DNA of 64,000 nt from Tubiluchus corallicola (lineage: Eukaryota > Animalia > Priapulida), in contig JAQGDQ010002389.1 of the NCBI GenBank assembly GCA_030141605.1, positions 1 to 64,000 of the forward strand, given 5' to 3'. The notes under the pieces are model-generated. The model did no database searches and was not told the DNA's origin. It saw nothing but the letters and a program-made list of their open reading frames with translations. A program made the position numbers and the translations under genes. Of the stretch, positions 11,383 to 21,805 are shown in pieces. Numbering within the stretch: the first letter of the stretch is position 1; every line of letters begins with the position of its first letter.

Positions 11383-14118
11383 GTGATTCAAAAAAAATAT
11401 CAATATCACCTAAATCTTACCACTGAAAAATTACAACAAATCATCGACAGGGAAACCCAATGGACAGGGTGGCAACCCAAGGCACGAACAAAAATACTCA
11501 AACAATTTACCGAAGAATTCTCAAAAGAAAAAAAAGCAATTTATCAGTATTTCTCAGAAGGAAAAATATCCGCCTTTAACGTAACCCGACTCTATGCTGA
11601 TCTTACCGATATCCTGATTAAAATACTCTATCAAAGCGCTGTCAAACTTTACCATATCTCCAACCCATCACCCGGCGATAGGTTGACTGTCGTCGCTATT
11701 GGAGGATATGGTCAACAGAAAATGGCTCCTTTTTCTGATATTGACCTACTCTTTATAATTCCATGGAAAGAAACTCCCAATACAGAAAAGATCATTGAGT
11801 TCATACTGTATTTCCTATGGGATATGAAACTAAAAATCGGACATTCCTGCAGAACAGTCAGTAGATGTATTTCCATCGCTAATGAAGATTTCTCCGTTCG
11901 AACAGCCTTGCTCTACGCACGCTATATTGATGGAAATTATCCTCTCTTTGAAACATTGAAAGCACATTACAAACAAAAAATCATAACAGGAAGCGAACAT
12001 TGGTTCGCAACAACAATCCTTAATGAACGCAGAAAACGCCATAAACATATGGGAGAAAGTCGATATCTTCTGGAGCCCGACATTAAAGAAGGGCAGGGAG
12101 GACTGCGGGATCTGCAGGCGCTTTTCTGGATTGTACGCTATTATTACGGAACAGATAGCCTTGAGAAACTAATTGAAATCGGTTTCTTTACAAAAGCAGA
12201 ATCCGCAAGATTAAAAAAAATCGCCCATTATTTATGGACAGTCAGAATTTACCTTCATGTCCTCAATAAACGCCCAGGAGATCGGCTAACTTTCCCTATG
12301 CAACGCATGATAGCAGAGCAAATGCAATATCGCGACAGCCAATCCGCTGAAAAAGTGGAGCGTTTTATGCGGCATTATTTTCTGACTGCGAGAGAAGTTG
12401 GCCAACTAAGCCATATTTTCAGCACTTTACTCAGGGAAAGAACCTCTTTGGAAAAAGAAGATACCTTAGAAAAATATACGTATATAGAAGGATTTCCTCT
12501 TAAAAAAGGGCAGCTAACAGTCGAAAAAATAGATGAAATGCTGGAAAAAACTCCCCTGGAAGCCTTACGTATTTTTTTTGTGGCCAGAAAACGAAACCTT
12601 GAAGTAAGCCCCGCGTTTTTGCGGTACCTGAAACGCTATAGAAAACCATTCGAAACAGCTCTGAAAGCACAAGAAAATTTACATAAAAGCTTTTTACAGA
12701 TATTTCTTTCTCCTCACTGTACAGAATCAACCCTCAGAGACCTTAGCGAACAAGGTATACTGGAGATGTGTATTCCAGAATTTGCCTCCATTAAAGCTCA
12801 GATGCAACATGATATGTATCACGTCTATACAACGGATGAACATACAATACGGGCTCTTGGGCATCTTTTTAAACTAGAGCAGGGACAGCTCAAAAAAGAC
12901 CATCCTCTCAGCTCACAGGTTATTAAGGAAATATCCTCGCGGACAACACTCTATATGGCAGTTCTTCTTCACGATATAGCAAAAGGCAAAGGAGGGGAGC
13001 ATTCTAAAAAAGGCGCCCTGATCGCGCAATCCGTATGTCAGAGAATGAAACTCGACCAATGGGAAGAAGAAACCGTTACATGGCTTGTCCGGAATCATCT
13101 CTATATGAGCAGAAGCGCATTTAAACGAGATTTAAGTGATCCGGAAACAAGTAGAGAATTCGCACGCCTTGTAACAACACCGGAACGCTTGCGGCTCCTC
13201 TTTCTTCTTACTGTCGTGGATATAAAAGCTGTCGGCCCTTCTGTCTGGAATAGTTGGAAAGGAAACCTCCTTTCAGAACTCTTCTGGCGAACAATGGAGC
13301 AACTGACAGGGAGAACAACGCCGCAAAGACTACAAGCACAAATCATCAACGCACAGAAAAGACTCTATGACAGGCTAGAAGATTGGCCAGAAGATAAGAA
13401 AAAAAATCATCTCGCTTTAGGAACTCCCCTTTATTGGAGACTTTTTAATACAGATTCCCATGAGTATCACGCTCGATTTATCGCCGAAGCGGAAAATAAT
13501 AATATCAATCCCGCAATTTCCGCTTTTATTGACCCAGAAAAAGACACAAGCGAAGTTATTGTCCATACACATGATAGAGCCGGACTCTTTGCTCTTATTG
13601 CCGGCGCCTTGGCTCTTTCAAGAGTCAGTATTATCGACGCGCGGGTTTTTGTCCTCAATAACGGTATGGTTATCGACACGTTTACATTTGTCGATCACAA
13701 GGGAAACCCCGTGGATGATGAAGCCTACCTTTCCAGAATATGCGAGAGAATCAGGCAGACTCTCTATGATAAAAGAATATCAGAAGAGCAAATGCGCACA
13801 ATTATACTGCAAAATATAAAAAACCATGGCACATTTACAGTCCCGACCAAGGTAATCGTCCACCCAGAAGTCAGCCTTTCTCATACTGTTATCGAAGCCT
13901 CTGGAAGAAATAGACCCGGGCTTCTTTACGATCTCGCAAGAACATTAACGCGCCTGAATCTAAAAATTGGAAGCGCATTTATCGCAACATACGGGGAGCG
14001 CGCAACAGATGTGTTCTACGTGAAAAATTGCTTCGGCCTTAAAATCACAAGCACACAACAGTTCAAAAATATTAAAAAAGAACTGCAAAATGTCTTTTCT
14101 CTTTATGAAACCCTTTAG
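11383..14118 (+). CDS. glnD: PII uridylyltransferase / uridylyl-removing enzyme
   Basis: AIGGYG..APFSDIDL, EPDIKEGQGGLRD, HVYTTDEH, LLHDIAKG, two ACT domains (DRAGLF, NRPGLL). Confidence 0.96.
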   Translation: MIQKKYQYHLNLTTEKLQQIIDRETQWTGWQPKARTKILKQFTEEFSKEKKAIYQYFSEGKISAFNVTRLYADLTDILIKILYQSAVKLYHISNPSPGDRLTVVAIGGYGQQKMAPFSDIDLLFIIPWKETPNTEKIIEFILYFLWDMKLKIGHSCRTVSRCISIANEDFSVRTALLYARYIDGNYPLFETLKAHYKQKIITGSEHWFATTILNERRKRHKHMGESRYLLEPDIKEGQGGLRDLQALFWIVRYYYGTDSLEKLIEIGFFTKAESARLKKIAHYLWTVRIYLHVLNKRPGDRLTFPMQRMIAEQMQYRDSQSAEKVERFMRHYFLTAREVGQLSHIFSTLLRERTSLEKEDTLEKYTYIEGFPLKKGQLTVEKIDEMLEKTPLEALRIFFVARKRNLEVSPAFLRYLKRYRKPFETALKAQENLHKSFLQIFLSPHCTESTLRDLSEQGILEMCIPEFASIKAQMQHDMYHVYTTDEHTIRALGHLFKLEQGQLKKDHPLSSQVIKEISSRTTLYMAVLLHDIAKGKGGEHSKKGALIAQSVCQRMKLDQWEEETVTWLVRNHLYMSRSAFKRDLSDPETSREFARLVTTPERLRLLFLLTVVDIKAVGPSVWNSWKGNLLSELFWRTMEQLTGRTTPQRLQAQIINAQKRLYDRLEDWPEDKKKNHLALGTPLYWRLFNTDSHEYHARFIAEAENNNINPAISAFIDPEKDTSEVIVHTHDRAGLFALIAGALALSRVSIIDARVFVLNNGMVIDTFTFVDHKGNPVDDEAYLSRICERIRQTLYDKRISEEQMRTIILQNIKNHGTFTVPTKVIVHPEVSLSHTVIEASGRNRPGLLYDLARTLTRLNLKIGSAFIATYGERATDVFYVKNCFGLKITSTQQFKNIKKELQNVFSLYETL

Positions 14119-14261
14119 CCATAGCGTATGTGAAAATAAAACAGACTCTCTCCTTTTTCAGTATCCTAAACAGTATTATATAATCTGCTACAGCGCATAA
14201 GATCACCTTGAATCGCTCTTAGTAGCCAATTTTCTCGGCAACTTTCCTATAAAATCATTAG

Positions 14262-15686
14262 CTACATGCTGCTGCTGGAAATGCTCGCTTTAGCAGCCTC
14301 ATAAACAGACTCTACAATTTGAGGAGTCGCTAAATCTTGCCCCCAAAAATACTCTTGAGACAAAAAGGCCTTAATACCTGCTTTTAAATCTCCCCGGGTT
14401 TGCTGTTTAATCTGTTTTATTTTTTCTAACACAGAATCACTGTCTCGAGCTGGAATAGCAGCAGAACTGGCATGTTGACCTGTATAAAATAAATACCATG
14501 CAGCAAGCGCCTTGCTCATAACAGGTGGTGGTGTCTTTTTATCTTCTAAATAAGCCATAAAACGAGGTAAATTACGAGCCCTGAACTTTGCAATAGAGTT
14601 CAAACTAATATCATACCATGCATGCTGAATATAAGGATTAGAAAAACGCTGAAGTACAGAATCGGCAAAAGCTTTCGCTTTGGCGCTATCCTGCGAAATA
14701 TAAGGTAAAACCTCATTGGTTAAAAAGGATTCCATTATATCTTGATAATATTTCTGCGTTAGAGTTTTATTGACATACTTTTCCCCTTTAATCAGTGCTA
14801 TAGGCGCTAATACCGTATGAGCTCCATTTAATATAGCAACCTTTTGCTCTTTATAGGATTTTAAATTATCCGTAACAACTACATTAAGCCCTGCTTCTAC
14901 AAAGGGTATGATAGGATCAGCACCGCCTTTCGTTTTTTCAACCACCAATGAATAAAAGAACTCTGTCGCCACAATAAAAGAATCTTCATACCCATTTTTA
15001 ATATTGATATCTTCTGCCAAAGCAGCTGGGTATCCCGGAACAATACGATCTACCAAGGTACCAAAAAACGTGTTTTTTGTTTCAACCCAGCTTGCGAAAT
15101 CCTCACATAAATTCCACTGTTTAGCATATCGCAATACATATTTTTTTAGTATTTGCGCATTATTATCAATTAATTCACAGGGGAAAATTTGAAATCCAAG
15201 AGCTTGCGTTTTGCCAGTATTATCAAAACGGTGCCAAAGTAGCTGTGTTAGCTTTGCAGGAAAACTGGCCGCAGGGGAATCAGATAATTGACAAGCCTCA
15301 TCATAGGCAATGCCCGCTTCTGTCGTATTGCTAAAAATAACCTGATAATCTGTATTAAGCGCTAAAGATAAAAAAGCATCAAACTGTTGATAAGGGGATA
15401 ATTCATCACAAACACATTCAATAACCTCTTGTTGATTGAATTCTTTCCCCTGTTCATCCAATCCCTGAACAAGAACCGTATATAAACCATCTTGATCCCG
15501 TAATGTTTTTTCTGCTGCCATATTAATAGGTCGCACAACGGTAACACCCCAGTCTCCATTTGTCTTTTTATTGACTTGCTGCACTTGCCAATCCATAAAT
15601 GCACGTAAAAAATTACCCTCACCAAACTGTATAATTCTTGGGGTATAGGATTTTGCCTTATAAACAGCCCGTGTTAATTGCCTCAT
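14262..15686 (-). CDS. uxaB: Tagaturonate reductase (altronate oxidoreductase)
   Basis: IIQFGEGNFLRAF, SNTTEAGI, SFPAKLT, PCELI, LVDRIVPGY, KVAILNGAHT, RFSNPYI. Confidence 0.93.
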   Translation of the reverse strand: MRQLTRAVYKAKSYTPRIIQFGEGNFLRAFMDWQVQQVNKKTNGDWGVTVVRPINMAAEKTLRDQDGLYTVLVQGLDEQGKEFNQQEVIECVCDELSPYQQFDAFLSLALNTDYQVIFSNTTEAGIAYDEACQLSDSPAASFPAKLTQLLWHRFDNTGKTQALGFQIFPCELIDNNAQILKKYVLRYAKQWNLCEDFASWVETKNTFFGTLVDRIVPGYPAALAEDINIKNGYEDSFIVATEFFYSLVVEKTKGGADPIIPFVEAGLNVVVTDNLKSYKEQKVAILNGAHTVLAPIALIKGEKYVNKTLTQKYYQDIMESFLTNEVLPYISQDSAKAKAFADSVLQRFSNPYIQHAWYDISLNSIAKFRARNLPRFMAYLEDKKTPPPVMSKALAAWYLFYTGQHASSAAIPARDSDSVLEKIKQIKQQTRGDLKAGIKAFLSQEYFWGQDLATPQIVESVYEAAKASISSSSM

Positions 15687-16128
15687 ATTTTTTACTCCTA
15701 CAATTAAATAACCTTTAAAAATTCATGAAAACACCCTACTGAATTATAAAACAGCCACATTAAATTTCTAAATATTGCTGCCATTAGAGTATAGAAATGT
15801 AATAAGGATACTGTTTTTATATTTCACAGTATTGAAATTTTAATTGCCAAACATTATATACCATAATAATTTAATTATAAAATAACTCAGGGCTATTACA
15901 ATAAAACAGTAGGCAGGAAATTAACGTATTATTGCCTTAAAGTAGCCTTTGTAAAAATAACATAATGAAAACATTGGAAGAAAGTTTAACAACTTGAACC
16001 CTAAAATAATTTGATATTGCTATTTTTTAAAATAGCGTCTAACTATAGTATAGTTAATTTATTAAGTTTATTCTACTAATCTGCCTAATAGATATTTAAT
16101 AATTCAAAAAAATTTAAGGTGAGTTCTG

Positions 16129-17136
16129 ATGAAACAGAGGGGAATTATGATAAAACATTTAAAATTTTTACTACTGTCTACAGTATGCCTGTCTATGGCA
16201 GCATTATCCGCATGTACTCAAAATGAGGAGCAAGAAGAAAAATACGTTATTAGAATCGCTTACGGTAATCAACCCGGTGAACCCACAGATTTAGGGGTGC
16301 ATGAATGGGCTCGACTAGCAAGAGAAAAATCAGATGGAAGAATTGAGCTGCAGCCATATCCTGCCTCTCAATTAGGTAGCCAAAAAGATATTACCGAGCA
16401 AGTCCGCATGGGCGCCAGCATTATTACTATTTCTGATGGCGGTTTTTTAATGGACTATTATGAAGATGTTGGTATTACCTATGGACCATACTTAACGGAA
16501 ACCTACGAAGAATATTTTAAATTAATGGATTCTCCATGGTTTGATTCTATTAGAAATGCCTTACGAGGAGAAAAATTTGAAGTTGTTACAGCTAAGTGGG
16601 TATATGGTACACGGCATCTTTTAACGAAGAAACCAGTCAACACTCCCGCTGACTTACAAGGGATGAAAATCAGAACCCCAAGTGCTACAACTTTAATCAA
16701 AACATTTGAGTTACTGGGAGCAACTCCATCTCCTATGCCATTAAGTGAAGTGTATCCTGCATTAATACAAGGAGTGATTGATGGCGTTGAAAACCCGTTG
16801 CCAGTACTTGCAGGAGCGAAACTTCATGAAGCTGCAAAATATCTGACAATGACTGGCCATATAAATAATGTATCGATTTGGATTGGTAGCGCTGATTATT
16901 TTGCCGATCTTCCAGCAGAAATTTCTGAAATTATCAAAGAAGCCGCTGAAGAAGCCGCTATGTTTACTTTCGGGTTAGTGCAAAAGAGTGATGAAGAAGC
17001 TCTGAATATAATGACAGAAGCCGGAGTCACTGTTCACACGCCGGATGTTAGTGCCTTTCGTGATCTCGCGATGCCAATTTATACCGAAATGTTTAAACCT
17101 AGCCTATATGAAACAACACAACAAAATACGAACTAA
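16129..17136 (+). CDS. dctP: TRAP transporter substrate-binding protein (DctP family), probable lipoprotein
   Basis: YPASQLG, DLQGMKIRT, EVYPALIQGVIDGVENP; N-terminal lipobox ALSAC. Confidence 0.9.
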   Translation: MKQRGIMIKHLKFLLLSTVCLSMAALSACTQNEEQEEKYVIRIAYGNQPGEPTDLGVHEWARLAREKSDGRIELQPYPASQLGSQKDITEQVRMGASIITISDGGFLMDYYEDVGITYGPYLTETYEEYFKLMDSPWFDSIRNALRGEKFEVVTAKWVYGTRHLLTKKPVNTPADLQGMKIRTPSATTLIKTFELLGATPSPMPLSEVYPALIQGVIDGVENPLPVLAGAKLHEAAKYLTMTGHINNVSIWIGSADYFADLPAEISEIIKEAAEEAAMFTFGLVQKSDEEALNIMTEAGVTVHTPDVSAFRDLAMPIYTEMFKPSLYETTQQNTN

Positions 17137-17147
17137 TCAATAACTTC

Positions 17148-17170
17148 AGGGTTGGCTATCAGCCAACCCT
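17148..17170 (+). promoter_or_regulatory. Intercistronic hairpin after dctP (mRNA stabiliser or partial terminator)
   Basis: Perfect 10-bp stem AGGGTTGGCT-atc-AGCCAACCCT. Confidence 0.6.
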
Positions 17171-17211
17171 ATTATTGTATAGCGCCCTATGACAAAGCTG
17201 AAAACTATCCC

Positions 17212-17685
17212 ATGATGAAACTGAAAAAAATAGCCTATAACATGGATGACATCGTTGCATGTATTGCTTTGCTGTCTTTAATAATTCTAACGATACTGGC
17301 TGTTATATTACGCTATGCTTTCAACAGCCCTATCCAATGGCAAGAAGAGATTTCCCTTCTTTTAGTTGTCTGGTTTGTTTTTATAGGAGCAAGTAGCACA
17401 ACAAAGCGTGAACTTCATATCTGTATTGACTCTTTAGTTTCTTATTTTCCTATAAGAATTCAACTTTTTTTAAGTTTATTTGTTTTGTTTTTTACAATTG
17501 CCGTATTGATAGTAGTTGCCTACTACGCAGGGCACCTTATGCTCAATACATCCCAATTAACAGATATTTTAAAAATACATTACTTTTTTATGTATTTACC
17601 GGTTTTGGGCGGAACACTGTTAATGATTTGCCACTCTACAGCCAATTTAATCAGCACGATTAAAACGATTATAGGTAAGGGTTAA
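17212..17685 (+). CDS. dctQ: TRAP transporter small permease
   Basis: VILRYAFNSPIQWQEEIS, HICIDSL; four TM segments. Start moved to ATG 17212, downstream of the hairpin. Confidence 0.88.
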   Translation: MMKLKKIAYNMDDIVACIALLSLIILTILAVILRYAFNSPIQWQEEISLLLVVWFVFIGASSTTKRELHICIDSLVSYFPIRIQLFLSLFVLFFTIAVLIVVAYYAGHLMLNTSQLTDILKIHYFFMYLPVLGGTLLMICHSTANLISTIKTIIGKG

Positions 17686-17687
17686 GT

Positions 17688-18968
17688 ATGTGGGCTTTAT
17701 TTTTTATCTTGTTAGTAACCCTTATTTTATTTAATGTACCTATTTTTATCGCATTGCTCGGAGTAGGGCTCATCTTTACTCTTAGCGTCCCAGATGCTTC
17801 TCTGTCTATCTTCGCACAACAATTTATTTCTGGTACACAAAGTATACCTTTATTAGCTATCCCATTTTTTATTATGGCCGGCGTGTTTATGAATTATACC
17901 GGCATTACACGAAGACTGATGGACTTCTGTTGCGCGGCTTGCTCTGGTATCCGTGGCGGATTAGCACAGGTAAATATTGTACTAAGTACTATGATGGGTG
18001 GGCTTTCCGGATCTAATATAGCCGACGCCGCTATGATGTCTAAAATATTAGTACCAGAGATGGAAAAAAATGGCTTTAATCGCCCATTTTCCTCGGCAGT
18101 TACAGCATCCAGCGCTTTGATTACCCCTATAATTCCTCCTGGAATTGCCTTAATTGTATATGGTTTTGTTGGTAATGTCTCTATAGGCAGACTTTTTATG
18201 GCTGGCATTATGCCTGGCCTGCTCTGCGCTGTCAGCTTAATGGTGCTTGCTGCTTATCTAGCTCCTAAAAATGGCTATATCCCTCCTGAAGAGTCCTTTA
18301 AAGCAAAAAAAGTATTATCATCTGCTGTGGATGCTTTTTTAGCGCTGCTGATGCCAGTAGTTATTATTGGTGGAATACGATTTGGCATATTTACACCAAC
18401 AGAAGCCGGAGCAATCGCAGTAGGATATGCTTTTTTCCTAGGTCTTATTGTCTATAGAGAAACAAGCTGGAAAGATATTAAAAAAGGGCTGATCGAAACC
18501 TTGGCAACAACAACATCCGTCGTTATTATTATTGCTGCTGCCGCTGCTTTTTCATGGATTTTAACATGGGAAAGAGTACCCCATACTATTGCAGAGCTTA
18601 TCCTTACCTGGATAGATAACCCTTTTTATTTTCTGCTGTTTATCAATGTTCTGTTATTACTTATCGGTATGTTTATAGAAGGCAATGCGGCTATGTTGGT
18701 ATTAGTTCCGATTTTAATGCCTATTGTACGGCAATTAGGGATTGATGAAGTCCATTTCGGCATCATTGTTGTGTTTAATATGGCTATTGGTACATTAACC
18801 CCTCCTATGGGCACAATTATATTTACGACCTGTTCTATTACAAAAACAGATACATTACAGTTTTTAAAAGCGATGATTCCTTTTTATGCATTGCTTTTTG
18901 GCCTGTTATTCTTAATTACATATATTCCTCAAATAAGCCTGTTTTTACCAAACTGGGCTTTTCAATAA
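17688..18968 (+). CDS. dctM: TRAP transporter large permease
   Basis: LLAIPFFIMAG, GGLSGSNIADAA, PIIPPGIALIVYG, FTPTEAG, TPPMG. Confidence 0.93.
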   Translation: MWALFFILLVTLILFNVPIFIALLGVGLIFTLSVPDASLSIFAQQFISGTQSIPLLAIPFFIMAGVFMNYTGITRRLMDFCCAACSGIRGGLAQVNIVLSTMMGGLSGSNIADAAMMSKILVPEMEKNGFNRPFSSAVTASSALITPIIPPGIALIVYGFVGNVSIGRLFMAGIMPGLLCAVSLMVLAAYLAPKNGYIPPEESFKAKKVLSSAVDAFLALLMPVVIIGGIRFGIFTPTEAGAIAVGYAFFLGLIVYRETSWKDIKKGLIETLATTTSVVIIIAAAAAFSWILTWERVPHTIAELILTWIDNPFYFLLFINVLLLLIGMFIEGNAAMLVLVPILMPIVRQLGIDEVHFGIIVVFNMAIGTLTPPMGTIIFTTCSITKTDTLQFLKAMIPFYALLFGLLFLITYIPQISLFLPNWAFQ

Positions 18969-18986
18969 TTAAATTAGGATGAAAAA

Positions 18987-20003
18987 ATGAAAGCATTAGT
19001 TTGCCATAAGCCCAATGATATATCTTATGTTGAAGTAGAAAAACCCACCCCACAAGCAGGAGAAATATTATTAAAAGTTGCAGCTGTCGGAATCTGTGGC
19101 ACAGATATCCACGCCTATTTAGGCAAACAACCCTTTTTTTCCTACCCTCGTATTTTAGGCCATGAGATCAGTGGCTCTATAGAAGCAGTAGGGCAAGGCG
19201 TTAAAAAACAAATTGGAAAAAAAGGAATTGTAATCCCTGCTATAGCCTGCGGCGCCTGCTCGGCTTGTCGTGTCGGAAAACCAAATTGTTGCGAATCGAT
19301 TTCTGTAATGGGGGTACATCAAGACGGTGGTTTCCAGGAATATATAACCGTGCCGGAAAAAAATATACTTATAGTACCGGATAATCTTTCCTTCTCTGCC
19401 TGTGCTCTGATTGAGCCTTTTGCAATCGCTGGCCACGCTGTGCGACGAGCAAATGTTGCGGCTACAGATAAAGTCCTTGTCGTCGGCGCTGGCGCCATTG
19501 GCATTGGTGTAGCAACTATTGTTAAATCCTTAGGAGCCGAAGTCATTGTAGCAGAAGTCTCTAAGGAGCGCCGAGAACATATAGAAACCCGTTGCCAAAT
19601 CTCTACATTAAATCCACTAGATGAGAAGTTTCAAGATATTTTAAAAAAAGCCTTTGACGGCGTTCTACCGAATATATTATTAGACGCTACAGGGAACAAG
19701 GATTCCATGTCAAACAGTGTTCATTATATTTCCCATGCGGGAAGAATTGTTTTTATTGGCTTATACCAAGGTAACTTAGAATTGGACGATCCTACATTTC
19801 ACAAAAAAGAAACGACCTTATTGGCATCCCGTAATGCCAATAAAGAAGACTTTCAACAGGTAATTGATATGTTTCAAACAGGAGCATTACAAGAAAAAAT
19901 GATGAAAAACCAAGAGTTTTCTTTTTCTACATTTGGAAACAGCTATCATAAAGATGTTGCAAGCAATCCCTGCCTTGTTAAAGGGGTCGTTTTGTTTGAT
20001 TAA
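18987..20003 (+). CDS. Zn-dependent dehydrogenase, L-galactonate 5-dehydrogenase (LgoD/YjjN)-like
   Basis: GICGTDIHAY.GKQPFFSYPRILGHE, CGACSACRVGKPNCC, GVHQDGG, FHKKETTLLASRNA; linked to uxaB. Confidence 0.75.
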   Translation: MKALVCHKPNDISYVEVEKPTPQAGEILLKVAAVGICGTDIHAYLGKQPFFSYPRILGHEISGSIEAVGQGVKKQIGKKGIVIPAIACGACSACRVGKPNCCESISVMGVHQDGGFQEYITVPEKNILIVPDNLSFSACALIEPFAIAGHAVRRANVAATDKVLVVGAGAIGIGVATIVKSLGAEVIVAEVSKERREHIETRCQISTLNPLDEKFQDILKKAFDGVLPNILLDATGNKDSMSNSVHYISHAGRIVFIGLYQGNLELDDPTFHKKETTLLASRNANKEDFQQVIDMFQTGALQEKMMKNQEFSFSTFGNSYHKDVASNPCLVKGVVLFD

Positions 20004-20087
20004 ATTTATTGTTTTAGAGTAGTGATAAAGCTCAGAATGTAACTGTCTCACTATATATGAATCTATTGTTTTATATTGAAGCCATCC

Positions 20088-20945
20088 TTATACTGTAGCA
20101 ATATTCATATGAACACAGTGATTTTTAACTCCGTGACTCTGTAAATAATCACTGAAAACCGTTGTGACAAAAACAGAACGATGACGCCCCCCTGTGCAAC
20201 CTATTCCTATAATCATCGCATGTTTTCCATGAGAGCGAAAATAATCGATAGTAGATACTATCATTTTATTGGCTTTCTTGATAAATAGATCAAAAAAAGC
20301 ATCTTGTCGAATATAAGAGGCGACAGATTCATTCAAACCCGTAAGAGGGCGAAGAGTAGGAACATAATGAGGATTAGAGAGAAAACGCACATCAAAAACT
20401 ATATCGCTTTCTTGCAAAACACCTTTTCGATAGGAAAAGGAGCATAACTGAACAATGAAAGGATCCTTGTGCGCGCGTGCGTACATTTGAACAAGATCAG
20501 AAAGACGCGAAGGCGACATATCCGTTGTATCAATGATTTTATCCGCATGGTGCCGAATAGGATATAATTTTTCTCTTTCCAGCTTGATTGCCCTTTCCAA
20601 CAAAAAACCTTTTTCTAAAGGATGCGCATGCCGCGTCGCTGAAAATCGCCTGTATAATTCCCGATTGCTGCAATCTAAAAAAATCAGTAGAGGATGAAAA
20701 TGTTTATAAAAAGGACGCTGAGAGGAAAGAAGGTTTAAAATTTTATAGCCGGAAGAAATATTTAAACTGATCGCAAGCGGCATTGAGCCTAAAATAGAAT
20801 AAGGTAAATTCGGAATCAAAGCGGCCGGAAGATTATCAAGTATCGTATAGCCAATATTTTCAAGAGCATTTAAAGCACATGTCTTTCCAGCACCAGATAA
20901 ACCCATGATAAAAACAGGAGAAAAATTTTGATATTCTACGTTCAT
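20088..20945 (-). CDS. rapZ: RNase adapter RapZ (P-loop ATPase)
   Basis: GLSGAGKT, DNLP, FDVRFLSNPHY, IGCTGGRHRSV. Confidence 0.92.
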   Translation of the reverse strand: MNVEYQNFSPVFIMGLSGAGKTCALNALENIGYTILDNLPAALIPNLPYSILGSMPLAISLNISSGYKILNLLSSQRPFYKHFHPLLIFLDCSNRELYRRFSATRHAHPLEKGFLLERAIKLEREKLYPIRHHADKIIDTTDMSPSRLSDLVQMYARAHKDPFIVQLCSFSYRKGVLQESDIVFDVRFLSNPHYVPTLRPLTGLNESVASYIRQDAFFDLFIKKANKMIVSTIDYFRSHGKHAMIIGIGCTGGRHRSVFVTTVFSDYLQSHGVKNHCVHMNIATV

Positions 20946-20989
20946 AAACGATTTCCAATAGATAAATAAATCTCTATCATACTCTTTTT

Positions 20990-21766
20990 TTACATTGTAA
21001 ACTGCTCGCCAAGATAGACCTGTCGAACATCTTTGTTTTTAATGATTTCCTCAGGAGGCCCTTCTGCTAAAACAACACCATTATTAATAATATAGGTCCG
21101 ATCAATCGCATTTAAAGTTTCTCGGACATTGTGATCCGTAATTAAAACACCAATTCCCCTTTCTTTAAGGTGGAAAACAAGGTTACGCAAGTCACCAACA
21201 GCAATAGGATCAACGCCCGCAAACGGCTCATCCAGAAGAATAAAAGAAGGAAAAGAAGCTAGCGCTCGCGTGATCTCTACACGACGGCGCTCCCCGCCAG
21301 AAAGAGAAATCGCTGAAGCGTAACGGATATGCGTAATAGAAAATTCAGCAAGAAGCTCATCAAGCTTTCTTTCGCGTTTGTAACGATCCTTGATATGAAG
21401 CTCCAATATCGATCGGATGTTATTTTCAACAGATAAACCCCGAAAAATAGAAATATCCTGAGGAAGATAGCCAATCCCCAAACGAGCACGGCGGTACATC
21501 GGCTGAGCGCTGATATCAACACCATCAAGAAAAACACCCCCTTTATCCGGCGAAAGAAGACCTGTAATCATATAAAAACATGTCGTCTTACCAGCACCAT
21601 TAGGCCCCAGTAAACCAACAATCTCACCTCGCTGAACCTGAATATTAACATGGTTAACAACTTGCTTATTACCAAAAGATTTTCCTAAATTAAACGCAAA
21701 TAAACCATTTTGCTGAATCGTCGGCTCATTGGTATGCGATTCCATTTTTGAAGTCCTCTTTCTCAC
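20990..21766 (-). CDS. lptB: LPS export ABC transporter ATP-binding protein
   Basis: [47 protein letters not shown]. Confidence 0.96.
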   Translation of the reverse strand: MRKRTSKMESHTNEPTIQQNGLFAFNLGKSFGNKQVVNHVNIQVQRGEIVGLLGPNGAGKTTCFYMITGLLSPDKGGVFLDGVDISAQPMYRRARLGIGYLPQDISIFRGLSVENNIRSILELHIKDRYKRERKLDELLAEFSITHIRYASAISLSGGERRRVEITRALASFPSFILLDEPFAGVDPIAVGDLRNLVFHLKERGIGVLITDHNVRETLNAIDRTYIINNGVVLAEGPPEEIIKNKDVRQVYLGEQFTM

Positions 21767-21805
21767 AGATTAACGTAACCCTAAAACAATAACGACAGAG
21801 CAGAA

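Noticed and set aside
15687-16128. KdgR/ExuR-type operator in the uxaB-dctP divergent spacer
   Set aside because: Only half-site-like matches in very AT-rich DNA; no convincing palindrome.
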